Shown piece by piece: positions 35,153 to 44,679 of a stretch of DNA of 49,268 nucleotides (position 1 is its first letter; the number at the start of each line of letters is the position of its first letter). Position numbers and translations under genes: made by a program. The notes under the pieces were generated by a model. It ran no database searches. It worked only from the letters and a program-made list of their open reading frames with translations, and had not been told where the DNA came from. The stretch covers positions 1-49,268 of IMG/VR virus record IMGVR_UViG_3300037511_000030; one strand, given 5' to 3'. Source of the DNA: a virus. Taxonomy: Duplodnaviria > Caudoviricetes.

Positions 35153-35494
35153 TCAACGCTGGTCACCCTCTCCGCCGATGACATGCCGGGCGTGCCGGGA
35201 CTCCAGCTTGGCGATGTTCAGGGCCGCGACCTCTCCGAGGTCGACGCCCATCTCGGCGCACAGCCGGGCGAGGTACCACAGCACGTCGCCGCACTCCTCC
35301 GCGATGGCGATCAGCCGCTCGGGCTCGACCACGCCGCCGGAGTCCCGGACGACCTTCTTGATCTTGTTGGCGACCTCGCCGCCCTCGCCGCACAGCCCGA
35401 GGGTCAGGTACAGCAGCCCGTCGATGTGCTGCTCTCCGGCGTGCGGGTAGATCGCGGTCTCGCGCGTCCTGCGCTGGTACTCGGTGAAGTCCAT
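35153..35494 (-). CDS. MazG-like nucleoside triphosphate pyrophosphohydrolase
   Basis: GLCGEGGEVANKIKK...EECGDVLWY...NIAKL..R. Confidence 0.92.
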   Translation of the reverse strand: MDFTEYQRRTRETAIYPHAGEQHIDGLLYLTLGLCGEGGEVANKIKKVVRDSGGVVEPERLIAIAEECGDVLWYLARLCAEMGVDLGEVAALNIAKLESRHARHVIGGEGDQR

Positions 35495-35500
35495 GGGGAT

Positions 35501-35746
35501 CTATACCTCCAAGCCAGCCGCGCGGAAGTCCGCGCGGATGTTGTCGATGGCCCGCCGGTCGGACGCCGTCTTCGAGACGGTGATCGGCGGGACGGATCGG
35601 TCAGCCGGGTAGAACCTCAGATGACCTCTGCCGGAGGCGGCCGTCTGGCCGCGCCATCCGGGGGTCGCGAGCGCCTGCTTCACGATCGCGCGTACCTCCT
35701 TGGGGAGGGCGCGGATCATGCCGATGGGGATCGTCGTGTTGCTCAT
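35501..35746 (-). CDS. HicA-like toxin
   Basis: GW...GRGHLRFYP...ITVSKTASDRRA..N.RADFR.AG pattern. Confidence 0.7.
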   Translation of the reverse strand: MSNTTIPIGMIRALPKEVRAIVKQALATPGWRGQTAASGRGHLRFYPADRSVPPITVSKTASDRRAIDNIRADFRAAGLEV

Positions 35747-36087
35747 GCGCCCTTGGTCTCCGGCTTCTCGTCGGTGGGGCCGGTCCACGTGATGGCCACG
35801 CCCCATGTGCCGTCGTCGTACGGGATCACGTAGGCATGGATCTTGCCCGCCCACTGACCCCACAGGAAGCGCCCGGACTGAATCCGCTTCACTGCGGACC
35901 GGGCCGCGTTCTCGGTCGTGTGGCCCTCGGAGTGGACCACGGCCCCGGGCTCTTCGCCCTTCTTGGCCGCTGCGACCGCGAGCTTGCGCGCGGCCTCCAC
36001 GGTCTCGGCCGGAGCCCTCAGCCGCTTCTTGCGGGTCGTGCTCGGGTCGAACGGCCGCTCGACGATGGTGATCTCTTCGTCCGCCAT
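35743..36087 (-). CDS. Hypothetical protein
   Basis: AGGAGG RBS; GGTACTGTGGTAGC promoter element at about 36115-36130. Confidence 0.75.
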   Translation of the reverse strand: MADEEITIVERPFDPSTTRKKRLRAPAETVEAARKLAVAAAKKGEEPGAVVHSEGHTTENAARSAVKRIQSGRFLWGQWAGKIHAYVIPYDDGTWGVAITWTGPTDEKPETKGA

Positions 36088-36149
36088 GTGGGGACCTCCT
36101 TCCTTGCTGCCGTAAGGCTACCACAGTACCCGGTGCTACCACCAGCCGG

Positions 36150-36400
36150 GCGCCGGTTACACCTCCCGCGAAACGAGGCCCCCATACGGTCGTCTCCCGC
36201 CCGCCTGTGTGTGTGCGTGGTTTCGCGGAAAAGCGTGTAACTAGTAACCAGACCCTATCTGACCTGCATATATATAGAAATACATAGTGTAACTTTGGTG
36301 TAACTTAGCTGTACCTTTGGTGTACCTTTTGGGGCCCAAGACCATCGAAATGATCTTGGGCCCCAAAGTTACACCGCCGGTTACACCACGGCTGTTACCC
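36150..36400. other. Putative replication origin (iterons, AT-rich tract, palindrome)
   Basis: Four 11-bp repeats at 36287-36330 (gtgtaactttg consensus); 14-bp inverted repeat at 36328-36341/36354-36367; inverted GTTACAC at 36368 and 36380; atatatatagaaatacata tract. Lies immediately downstream of the primase gene. Confidence 0.75.
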
Positions 36401-39055
36401 GAGCGAGCGGTTGATGATCTCCTGAGCGAGGTCCCCGCCGATCACCCAATACCGCCCCTTCTTGCCCCCGTTCAACCCCACCGGCGACGGCCGGGTGGTC
36501 GCTCCGAGCGCCTTCGCCTGCCTCACGATGGCCTCCGCCGACGCAAGCCGGGTCTCGTCGCCCTTGCCCTCCTTCAGGGTCCACGCCTCCGCGAGGGTGG
36601 CCGCGTTGAAGTAGATCCACGGGCCCACCCCCTCGTACGGGGTCTTGCTCCGGGCGTCGTCCTGCGACTCGTCCCGGATCTTCGCCGGGTAGAGCGGGAA
36701 GCGCTGCCCCTTGTACTTCGGCATCTCGCCGTACTCGTCCGGGTCGGAGAACGTCCGGACGGCCCACGGGAGGATCTGAAGCGTCAGCAGGTCGTCGGTG
36801 TCCGCCGGGAGCGCCGCGATGCTGGAAACGCTCCACGCGTCCACCAGGGCCGCCGACGCGCCCTCTCCGGCCAGAGCCCCGGCCCGGTCCTCGTCGTCCG
36901 CGAGAAGCCAGTCCAGCACCCGGGAACCGGCCCGCACGATCCCGTAGCTGTCGCCCACGCGGCCGGTGCACGGCTTCAGCGCCTTCACGAGCCCCGGGAT
37001 CTCGTCCACGAGCCGCAGCACCTCCGCCACGAGCGTGCCCGCCACCGCAGTGAGCGAGCCCCCGTAGCGCTGCCACAGCTCCTTCACAGCGTCGTACGAC
37101 TTCTGCCCCTTCGTGCTGGGCAGGGCCACGGACACCGTGCGGTCCATGAGCGCCTTCTGTCCGGTGAGCCCGAGCCCTTCGCCCGTGATGAGCAGGCCGC
37201 CGGTGAGCTTCGCCGACATGGAGTGCTCCGCGTCCTGCCGCTTCGTCTTCGTCGACTCCATGGGGATGAGCCGCAGCAGCTCGCGGAACTTCTCCAGATC
37301 GTCGGGGTCGTCGAAGTGGACGAAGCCGGACCGGAACGCCGCGAGCTTGTCGCGGAGGTCCGCCACGGTGGGCTGCACGTCCCCGAGGTCGTAGCCCATC
37401 AGCTCGCCGATCATCTTGATCGCGCCGGACGTCTTGCCCGAGCCGGACACCGCTTCAATGGCGAAGATCGGGAAGACGGCGCAGTTGCCCTTCAGCTTGA
37501 TCTCAGCCTTCACGAGCGACATGAGCGCCCACGAGAAGAGCACGGTGAGCGCCGTACGGTCGTGGAACGTCAGCACCTCCCGCAGCACCTCCCGCACCTC
37601 CGGGAAGCCACCGGCGGCGAAGCCGTACTTGAACGGCGGGTCGTAGCGGTCGAAGCCGGGAAGGTCCGGCCGGGGCCGAACACCCTGGAAGGGCTGCATC
37701 CCGTTTACACCCGCTTCGATCCGGCCGACCGGGGTGAGGAACACCCGGTGTTCCGGCTGGAAGCCGATCTGCCCGAGCAGCGTGGAGACGGGCGCCTTCT
37801 GCTCTTCGAGGTACCGCATCAGCCGGATGGTGGGCTGCATGTCGCCCATGGCCCGCGAGGGCTGAGCGAACGACACACCGGCCACCTCAGCGAGCCACGT
37901 GGTGAGCTTGCGGAAGTCGACCAACGTGTCTGCGTCCAGCACCTCGGGGAACTGCTCGCCGTCCCGCTGACGCGTGATGATCACGTCGTAACTACGCCCC
38001 CGCTTGCCCGGCGTCGAGATCAGGCCCACGGCCTTCACGTCGAAGTTGGCGAAGCTGTCCGGGGGCTCGATCGTCGGCGTGCCGCCGGGGTCCGGCTTCG
38101 GCTTCATCTCGACCAACAGGTGGTCCCCGCCGGAGATCAGCCAGCCGGAGTTCTCGCCCCCGCCCGCCATGATCTGCTTCGCCTGCTCGGTGTTCCAGAT
38201 CGACTCGGTGGTCTTCGTGAAGTCGGCCTGAGCGATCGGGTCCGTGCTCATCATGTTCATCACGGTGCAGTGCGCGAGGTAGAGATCCTTCTTGTCCCGG
38301 TACTGCTTGGCGTAGTGGCCCGCGAGCTTGGCCAGCCAGTCGTTCCCACGCCGGGGGTCGTCCGGCGGCATCAGGATCAGCTCGGAGAGCAGCGACCCGC
38401 CGGAGATCGTGACCTGCTTGCCGTCGATCGTCGCGGTCTTGGTCGCCTTCGCCTTCGCGAGGTCCCCGATCCACTCCGGCAGGGTGGCGGCCTCCACGTC
38501 GACAATGACCGTGTAAACGCCCTCGGTCTTCGAACCGGGCACCATCACATACGAGTTGGGGCCGGTCTTGAAGTCGACGGCGTCCCCGAGCGTGTTCGAG
38601 TAGCCGTCCGCCTTGCCGCCCTGCTGCCCGGCGGGAAGCTCGTACACGTACTGCGTGCCGCCCCGGCCGGTGCGGTAGGTCAGCGTCACCACGGCGGGCT
38701 TGCCTTCCGCGAGCGCGGCCCACGTCAGCTCTCCGGGCTTGTTCTCCGCCACGTCCACGTCGACCACGGCGCGGCCCGCGAGGGTCTGCCCGAAGTTCAG
38801 GCGGCCGTGCTGCCCCCACTTCGTCCACCACAGCTTGATCTGCGCCGGGTCAGTGGTGGCTTCCTTGCTGCCCTGCTTGGTTCGCGGGTGCTTGCCCGGC
38901 GACTTGCAGCCGGTGTCCATGCACGTGCACTCGCCGTCCACCACCCGGTGGGTGGGGAAGACGGCCACGCCGCCCGCCGCGAGCGCGAGCGCGTTCTTCA
39001 GCAGGTCGTCAGTGGCAGGCTGTGGCGCCGGGGTCTCGCCCTTGATGTACTTCAC
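36395..39055 (-). CDS. Bifunctional primase-polymerase fused to helicase-like domain
   Basis: AVFP, CTC...C.SPGKHP, ATTD...I..WW, VVDVD and YVMVPGS Prim-Pol motifs; AVSGSGKT Walker A and VHFDD Walker B. Confidence 0.92.
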   Translation of the reverse strand: MKYIKGETPAPQPATDDLLKNALALAAGGVAVFPTHRVVDGECTCMDTGCKSPGKHPRTKQGSKEATTDPAQIKLWWTKWGQHGRLNFGQTLAGRAVVDVDVAENKPGELTWAALAEGKPAVVTLTYRTGRGGTQYVYELPAGQQGGKADGYSNTLGDAVDFKTGPNSYVMVPGSKTEGVYTVIVDVEAATLPEWIGDLAKAKATKTATIDGKQVTISGGSLLSELILMPPDDPRRGNDWLAKLAGHYAKQYRDKKDLYLAHCTVMNMMSTDPIAQADFTKTTESIWNTEQAKQIMAGGGENSGWLISGGDHLLVEMKPKPDPGGTPTIEPPDSFANFDVKAVGLISTPGKRGRSYDVIITRQRDGEQFPEVLDADTLVDFRKLTTWLAEVAGVSFAQPSRAMGDMQPTIRLMRYLEEQKAPVSTLLGQIGFQPEHRVFLTPVGRIEAGVNGMQPFQGVRPRPDLPGFDRYDPPFKYGFAAGGFPEVREVLREVLTFHDRTALTVLFSWALMSLVKAEIKLKGNCAVFPIFAIEAVSGSGKTSGAIKMIGELMGYDLGDVQPTVADLRDKLAAFRSGFVHFDDPDDLEKFRELLRLIPMESTKTKRQDAEHSMSAKLTGGLLITGEGLGLTGQKALMDRTVSVALPSTKGQKSYDAVKELWQRYGGSLTAVAGTLVAEVLRLVDEIPGLVKALKPCTGRVGDSYGIVRAGSRVLDWLLADDEDRAGALAGEGASAALVDAWSVSSIAALPADTDDLLTLQILPWAVRTFSDPDEYGEMPKYKGQRFPLYPAKIRDESQDDARSKTPYEGVGPWIYFNAATLAEAWTLKEGKGDETRLASAEAIVRQAKALGATTRPSPVGLNGGKKGRYWVIGGDLAQEIINRSLG

Positions 39056-39076
39056 GCGTGGTTCCTCCTTGGGTTG

Positions 39077-39117
39077 CGAACGGCCCCCAGTCTCTCACTG
39101 AGACGTGGGGGCCGTTC
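39077..39117 (-). terminator. Hairpin between SSB-like and primase genes
   Basis: cgaacggcccc..gtctc-tcact-gagac..ggggccgttcg. Confidence 0.55.
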
Positions 39118-39137
39118 GTCGTGCGTCCTGCCCGGTG

Positions 39138-39611
39138 CTACTGGTTGTCGTCCTCGTCGCCCTCGGGGGCGAACGTGAACTTCTCCGGGTCGAACGGAAC
39201 GTAGCGCGAGACCTCAGAGCGGGGGTCGCCCGTCTTGATGTCCTTGCCGGTGCGGACGTAGCCGACGATGCGCGCGTCCGGGTCTTCGATGATCTCGTCC
39301 GTGTCGGACTCGACCTCGTATCCGAAGCCCTCGAACATCTGCTTCATCTTCCAGTCCATCTTGTCGGTCAGCGGGATGTGCTCCTGCTGCGACGTCTGCC
39401 ACCGGCCCTTGCGCAGCTCGGGGTGGTAGTCCTTGTCCACCACGAGCTTCCAGACCCACTTCTCGGTGCCCGGGTTGGCGGAGTTGGGGCCGGTCTCGCC
39501 CTCTTCCACCTCGGTGAGCTTGAAGACGTACTTGCCGGGCTTCAGGGGCTTGTAGTCCCCCGATTCCTGGTTGTTGGCACCTTCGGCGCGGTCCTTGGGG
39601 AGCTTCGGCAT
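39138..39611 (-). CDS. ssDNA-binding-like protein (DUF669-like)
   Basis: YKPLKPGKY.F....VE motif and acidic C-terminal tail; follows the AAA ATPase. Confidence 0.7.
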   Translation of the reverse strand: MPKLPKDRAEGANNQESGDYKPLKPGKYVFKLTEVEEGETGPNSANPGTEKWVWKLVVDKDYHPELRKGRWQTSQQEHIPLTDKMDWKMKQMFEGFGYEVESDTDEIIEDPDARIVGYVRTGKDIKTGDPRSEVSRYVPFDPEKFTFAPEGDEDDNQ

Positions 39612-39665
39612 CGTTGACTCTCTTCTCTCGGTTCCCGGTTGGCCCCGGGCGGCTTGTCGGGTACT

Positions 39666-39694
39666 ACGCTACTTCGCTACCGCCGGGCTGTCAA
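39666..39694 (-). promoter_or_regulatory. Housekeeping-sigma-type promoter
   Basis: TTGACA-N17-TAGCGT. Confidence 0.7.
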
Positions 39695-40698
39695 GCCTTC
39701 TTGGCGGCGGCCTTCTGCTCCTTGTACGCGGCGGCCCGCTCGCGGGTCTGTGCGTACATCGGGAACACCTCGTCGTCGGCCCACACGGTGGTGCCGTTGA
39801 CGTACTCCACGAGCCGGTCGAACCGGGGCTCGGGGAAGTCGCGGGGAAGCACCCCGAGCCGGTCCTTGGCCCGCACGAGCGCGGACGGCTTGGTCCGGGC
39901 GGTCACCAGGGTCTCGCTCTCGCCCTCGGAGACCGGCAGGGTCTCGCTGGTGAGCCTCAGCGCCACGTCCACGTAGCCGAGCACGGACGTGCGGAGCTTC
40001 GGGGTCATCTCGGGGGCGGCCTGCTTCTTCGAGTGGCTGTACTCGCCCTCGCCCTGCGCCTCCGTCTCCAGCGCCGTCGCGGCGAAGTGGCACGGGAGGT
40101 CGCGGAACTTCCGCATGAGCTTGCGGACTTGAGAGGTCATCAGCCCGTAGTCTTCGAGCTGTGTGATCTCCGCGCTGTACCGCTTGTCCTCTTCGGCCTT
40201 GCGGGTGTTGCGCTGCTCGCGCTCCCACATGGTGTAGCTCGCCTGCTCCAAGATCTTGTTGACGATCTCGGTGAGGGAGTCCATGCCGATGCCCTTGACC
40301 GACTTCGGGTTCTCGCGGAGCCGGGCGGCCGTGCGGAAGTACAGCCGTTCCAGCTTCTCGTAGGTCATCACGCCGTTGCCCGGCGGGTTCCAGATCTTGA
40401 TGCACTCGGTGCGGACTCCGAGGGCCTTCAGCGGGCCCTTCTTCAGACCGGCCTCAGCGTTGATGATGATCACGTCACCGTCGCCGGGGAGGTTGGCCAT
40501 GAAAGCGATAGCCGTCGTTTTGCCGGTGCCCTCCGTGCCGAAGTACAGGGCCTTGACCCACTCCTCGGCTTCGTCCAGATCGGTGAACTCGTCCTCGTCC
40601 ACGATCTCCGCGTCAACGATCTCGTCAACGGCGGGAGCGGGAGCGCTGCTCGAACCGCTCGTGATGGCGCGGGGTGCCGCGCCGGATGCCTTGGGCAT
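39691..40698 (-). CDS. AAA ATPase (AAA_24/Sak4-like recombination protein)
   Basis: LYFGTEGTGKTT, GMDSLTE, GYVDV and AKDR motifs; lies between exonuclease and SSB. Confidence 0.88.
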   Translation of the reverse strand: MPKASGAAPRAITSGSSSAPAPAVDEIVDAEIVDEDEFTDLDEAEEWVKALYFGTEGTGKTTAIAFMANLPGDGDVIIINAEAGLKKGPLKALGVRTECIKIWNPPGNGVMTYEKLERLYFRTAARLRENPKSVKGIGMDSLTEIVNKILEQASYTMWEREQRNTRKAEEDKRYSAEITQLEDYGLMTSQVRKLMRKFRDLPCHFAATALETEAQGEGEYSHSKKQAAPEMTPKLRTSVLGYVDVALRLTSETLPVSEGESETLVTARTKPSALVRAKDRLGVLPRDFPEPRFDRLVEYVNGTTVWADDEVFPMYAQTRERAAAYKEQKAAAKKA

Positions 40699-40789
40699 CT
40701 GCTCTCCTGTGTGTGGTTATCGGGTGACCCGTAGGTCTCTGTGCCCGGACGGGGCCCCGGAGGGCCCCGCCGAACAGTACCAGCCTACC

Positions 40790-41002
40790 CTACTCGGGCG
40801 GCTTGCGCCAGACGAACTTCAGCACGTGCGCCACGGCCTCTTCGTGGTCCGGGCACGCACACCACCCGCCGTCTTCTTCGGCCACGCCGTCGAGCGTCCG
40901 CGTGAGCACGCCCTGAGCGCGTACCGCCGTGGCGTCCGTCCGGGTCTCGTAGGCCAGGAAGCGGAGCCACACCGCGCGCTCGATCCGGGTCAGTCCAGCC
41001 AC
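40790..41002 (-). CDS. Small hypothetical protein
   Basis: Operon packing; GAGG RBS. Confidence 0.5.
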   Translation of the reverse strand: MAGLTRIERAVWLRFLAYETRTDATAVRAQGVLTRTLDGVAEEDGGWCACPDHEEAVAHVLKFVWRKPPE

Positions 41003-41005
41003 CGT

Positions 41006-41254
41006 TTACACCTCGTCGTTCCAGTCGGGGCACGGGCCCGGGAACTTCCCGACGCCCGGCGGCCAGCACCGGTCACACACGCAGATGCAGATGCGGGACG
41101 TGGTGCCGTCCGCGTTGCGGAAGACCATGTGGTCGGCCGGGTCGTGCTCGTGCTGGGGGACCGTCTCCGGGACCGCCACCGGGGCGGCGGGGGCCTGAGC
41201 CTCCACCACCCCGAGAGGCGCCCGAGCGGCCGTGGGCCTACTCAGCTTCGGCAT
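41006..41254 (-). CDS. Small Cys-rich hypothetical protein
   Basis: GAGG RBS; CICVCDRC...CPD. Confidence 0.55.
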   Translation of the reverse strand: MPKLSRPTAARAPLGVVEAQAPAAPVAVPETVPQHEHDPADHMVFRNADGTTSRICICVCDRCWPPGVGKFPGPCPDWNDEV

Positions 41255-42236
41255 TCTGCGCCTCGCGCATGGCCCGGGACGTGAAGTCGAAGTCTTCCAG
41301 GATCTCCGCGACCGGGATCGAGCCGGAGCGGGCCTGAATGTGGATCTCGCGGAAGTCGCACTTCCATGCGCACTGCTTGGGGTTCGGGGACGAGTACAGC
41401 GCGTCCTCGCGCTCCAGCAGGGCCATGGCCTTGACGACCTTCCGGGCGTCCTGAGCGATCATCTGGAGTTCGTCCAGCGTGCGCGAGGTCCGGGTGCGCC
41501 TGAAGCGCTGTTCGAGGGTCTGCGGCTTGCCCTTCGGCTTGCCGTTGGCGAACAGCGGGACCGGGATCTTGTCGCCGACGTTCTGCTTCTTCCGGGACTC
41601 GTTCAGCATCGCGCCGTTTACACGCTTCGCCGTCTCGTGGCCGCTGATGGCCCACGCGAACCAGTAGAGCCCGAGCTGATCGTCAAGGTCGATCTCGGTG
41701 TCCGACGCGAGGTCACCGGGGAACTTGTGGTCGACGATCCACACGCCGCCGTAGTCGAGATCTTCCACCACCAGGTCGATGACCCACACGAGCGGGCGGC
41801 CGTCCTCGGTCAGCGGGACCTCGCCCTTCTGCTCGGTGGCGATGATCCGCCAGTCCGGGTCACAGCCGTACATCTCCACGTAGCCCGCGTAGGCCCATTC
41901 CATGAGCGCGCGGGTCTCCACGTCGAGCTTGTCCATGACGGGCCCGACCTCGCCCGCGCACAGCTCCAGAAGCTCGGTCTCGCCGAACGAGCCCCGGTGC
42001 GGGGACCGCGTCGAGCCCCCGTGGTTCTCGTCCTGCCACTCCTTGATCGTGAGGTAGTGGCGTTCCATGATCTCGTGCCAGATGTGCCCGAGCCGGAACG
42101 CTTCCTTCTCCACGGTCGGCTTCCAGCCCTGCCGGTACCCGAGGTCCCACTTCATGGGGCACTGCCGGAACGTGTCCAGCTCCGAGTACGAGACGGGCCG
42201 GGGCCCCTTCCGGGGCCCCTGCGCGTTGTCAGCCAC
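41238..42236 (-). CDS. PD-(D/E)XK exonuclease (RecB/Cas4-like)
   Basis: SYSEL..F.QCP, G...H, IDLV, IVDHK, QL.LY and C-terminal C.W.CDF motifs. Confidence 0.9.
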   Translation of the reverse strand: MADNAQGPRKGPRPVSYSELDTFRQCPMKWDLGYRQGWKPTVEKEAFRLGHIWHEIMERHYLTIKEWQDENHGGSTRSPHRGSFGETELLELCAGEVGPVMDKLDVETRALMEWAYAGYVEMYGCDPDWRIIATEQKGEVPLTEDGRPLVWVIDLVVEDLDYGGVWIVDHKFPGDLASDTEIDLDDQLGLYWFAWAISGHETAKRVNGAMLNESRKKQNVGDKIPVPLFANGKPKGKPQTLEQRFRRTRTSRTLDELQMIAQDARKVVKAMALLEREDALYSSPNPKQCAWKCDFREIHIQARSGSIPVAEILEDFDFTSRAMREAQNAEAE

Positions 42237-42543
42237 GACGTGCCTCCATGATCTCCTTCTCCTGCTCGGGGTCCAGCTCGTACGCCTTCATGGCCGTGAT
42301 CACGACGATCTCGGCCGCATGGAACATCCGGCACCGCACGCGGTGCACGGCGATGGCGAAGCCGTCGAGCGCGAAGAACACGGCCGCCGCGAGGGCATAG
42401 ACCTTGTTCATGGCGCCGTCGTGGGTGACGCCGTACCAGGCGATCCAGCCCCACACCGCCATGAGGGCCGCGTAGTAGAGGCGGGGGGCCGGGTGGCCGC
42501 GCCGGTAGGCCCGCAGGACCGGGCGGCCGATCTGCTCGTTCAT
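42229..42543 (-). CDS. Membrane protein with two transmembrane helices
   Basis: Two hydrophobic segments; AAGGAG RBS. Confidence 0.65.
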   Translation of the reverse strand: MNEQIGRPVLRAYRRGHPAPRLYYAALMAVWGWIAWYGVTHDGAMNKVYALAAAVFFALDGFAIAVHRVRCRMFHAAEIVVITAMKAYELDPEQEKEIMEARRG

Positions 42544-42675
42544 GCTGCTTGCTCCTTCGTTGCCGTCCACTCCATACCGCAGCGGAGGCAGTAGGGGATC
42601 GTCGTCACCGTGCCGTCGAGCGCGGTGTGCGGGTGGGTCTCCACCCTGTGTTCGCACGAGTCGCTGTGCATGGAT

Positions 42676-43473
42676 CTAGAGTACCGCGCTACCACTGGTG
42701 TCTGTCAAGGCGACGCGCCGGGCTTTCAACTCGCCGTTGTACTCGTTGTACGCGTCGCGGCACGGCTGGCACACCGGGAGGATGCCCTTGCGCCGGTGCG
42801 CCTGAGCCCCGAGGTGGGTACCGCACGCGCCGGTGAAGTCCGGGAAGCCGTCCGGGTCGTCGATCTGGTCGAAGTCCCAGAAGATCGGCTTCACGAAGCC
42901 CTTGCGGGCCGCGTAGGTGGCCGCGAGCCGGGCCGACTGCTGCTTGACGCCGTGGAGCACCGGGTTGGTCTCCATCTCCAGCTTCTCGTAGAGCACCCGG
43001 ATCTTGTACGCCGTCGAGTAGTAGACCTGCTGCCGCTTGCCGAGCGCGAGCAGGTTGAATGTCGGTCCCACGAAGCCCAGTTGCTCGCCGGTCCACTTCA
43101 CCGGGAAGCCGATAGCCGCGAGCCCCTGCACACGCCGGGCCGACCCGATCGCGTTTACACGGGCCCCGCCCTTGTCGGCCGGGACCTCCGGCCGGATGGC
43201 CATCACCGACTCGAAGTTCTCCCGGTACATCTCGCGCATGACGTACTGCTGATTCTTCGCGCTGCCCCGGTGACCCCGAATGATCTCCGAGATCGAACCG
43301 GCGGACAGCGTGCACAGCTCCGCGAGCCGGACCGTCGACATGCCGTAGGTGAAGTGCAGCATCCGGAGGTGGGCCCGCGCGGGCTCGATCGGCACCCGGG
43401 TGGGGTTGCCGTGGGCCCGCATGTACGCGGTCAGCTTGAAGCGCTTCCGCTGCTCGGGGGTCTTAGTGCTCAC
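42676..43473 (-). CDS. HTH DNA-binding protein with C-terminal zinc motif
   Basis: MSTVRLAELCTLSAGSISEI HTH; RRVQGL.AIG; CGT..G...H.RKG...C..CR motif. Confidence 0.75.
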   Translation of the reverse strand: MSTKTPEQRKRFKLTAYMRAHGNPTRVPIEPARAHLRMLHFTYGMSTVRLAELCTLSAGSISEIIRGHRGSAKNQQYVMREMYRENFESVMAIRPEVPADKGGARVNAIGSARRVQGLAAIGFPVKWTGEQLGFVGPTFNLLALGKRQQVYYSTAYKIRVLYEKLEMETNPVLHGVKQQSARLAATYAARKGFVKPIFWDFDQIDDPDGFPDFTGACGTHLGAQAHRRKGILPVCQPCRDAYNEYNGELKARRVALTDTSGSAVL

Positions 43474-43730
43474 CGGCCCTCCCGGTAAAACGGCACGAGG
43501 CCGCTGCGTGCGGCCGTCTCGCGGGCTTCGGCGAAGCTCTCGGCCCCGAGTGCCACCTTGGCGCCACCGAGGTACGAGGCGACCGTCTGCTGACTCACGC
43601 CCATCTCTGCGGCGATCTCGCGGAGCACCGCCCCGGCTTCCCGCCGGGACGGCGCGGGACGCCACCGAGTGAGGGCTTCACGCTGACCGGGGTACAGGCT
43701 GTGCTGCCTCCGGCGGTCGTCCTTCCACAT
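43470..43730 (-). CDS. LuxR/sigma region 4-like HTH protein
   Basis: REIAAEMGVSQQTVASYL..AK..LGA. Confidence 0.7.
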   Translation of the reverse strand: MWKDDRRRQHSLYPGQREALTRWRPAPSRREAGAVLREIAAEMGVSQQTVASYLGGAKVALGAESFAEARETAARSGLVPFYREGR

Positions 43731-44086
43731 CACGCTGACTCCTTGGTGAACTCGTACAGGGGCCGCACGGACGCCCGGACGTACCAGCCCGGGAGGACGT
43801 CCTTGCGGAGGTTGACACGGCGGTACAGCGTCACGGTGCCGTCGTAGCCACCGAGCGGGTGCGCGTTGTCCGGCACCCACGTGTGCGTGTAAACGAGCTT
43901 CGTGATCCGCTCGCTGACCCGCTGCGGCGCCCGGCCCCGTTCGGGGTGGTTCACCATGCACAGCGGGTCCTTGCTCCAGTTGTGGCGGGTCCGGGCGCGC
44001 TCGTCGCGCTCCCGTATCAGCCGCTCGATCGTGTCGAGCTGGTACCCGGCCGACACGGCGCGGGCCTTCCAGTTCTTCCGGCTCAT
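43730..44086 (-). CDS. Hypothetical protein
   Basis: Overlapping start/stop with both neighbours. Confidence 0.65.
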   Translation of the reverse strand: MSRKNWKARAVSAGYQLDTIERLIRERDERARTRHNWSKDPLCMVNHPERGRAPQRVSERITKLVYTHTWVPDNAHPLGGYDGTVTLYRRVNLRKDVLPGWYVRASVRPLYEFTKESA

Positions 44087-44679
44087 GCGAGAGTCACCCC
44101 CGGGACCAAGCCGTTACGGATCAGGAAGTGCCAGAAGTGCAGTTCCGCACTCCGGGCGTGGTCGGGCGTCTTCGGAGAGACGAACGGAATGCCCGCGTGC
44201 AGCATGACGGCCTCCGTGCCCTTGTGGATCTGCGCCATGTGCGAGAACCACTGGATCTCGCGCGCGGGGACCTCCGGCGCGGCCTCGTGCGGGACCTTGT
44301 TCCACTGCTTGACCGTGAACTCCAAGAAGCCGAGCAGCCGGACCGTCTCCAGCCGGGAGCCGATCAGTTCCTTCGCCTTCGACGCGTAGACCACGAAGTC
44401 TTCGCACCCGATGACGTCGAACATCCCGAGACGCGGGTACAGCCAGTCGACGAACTCGTCCGGCAGCATCTCGGCCACGCAGTAGACGCGCCAGCCGTGC
44501 TCGCGTTCCGTGTCCCGGCACCCCACAGTGATACCTACGTGTGTGGTGCCGGGGTCGACGGACAAGACCGTGATGTCGTCGTCGCTCGCGCGCGGGAAGA
44601 CGAACGGCTTCGCGCGAAGGGTTTCGAGATTCGTCTTCCGCTTCGCCGGTGTCTCCTTACGCGGGGACAGCTTCGGCAT
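44083..44679 (-). CDS. RuvC-like Holliday junction resolvase
   Basis: VLSVDPGTTHVG, IGCEDF and DHARSA motifs. Confidence 0.75.
   Translation of the reverse strand: MPKLSPRKETPAKRKTNLETLRAKPFVFPRASDDDITVLSVDPGTTHVGITVGCRDTEREHGWRVYCVAEMLPDEFVDWLYPRLGMFDVIGCEDFVVYASKAKELIGSRLETVRLLGFLEFTVKQWNKVPHEAAPEVPAREIQWFSHMAQIHKGTEAVMLHAGIPFVSPKTPDHARSAELHFWHFLIRNGLVPGVTLA

Noticed and set aside
3989-39178. Very long plus-strand ORFs (e.g. 3989-7579, 15114-19346, 20695-23952, 31588-33732, 36317-39178)
   Set aside because: They are antisense shadows of real minus-strand genes in high-GC DNA, with Arg/Gly/His-rich composition and no domain motifs.
41238-42236. Cas4-like nuclease as a sign of a CRISPR system
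   Set aside because: No repeat-spacer array or other cas genes; it sits in an ordinary exonuclease-ATPase-SSB recombination module.
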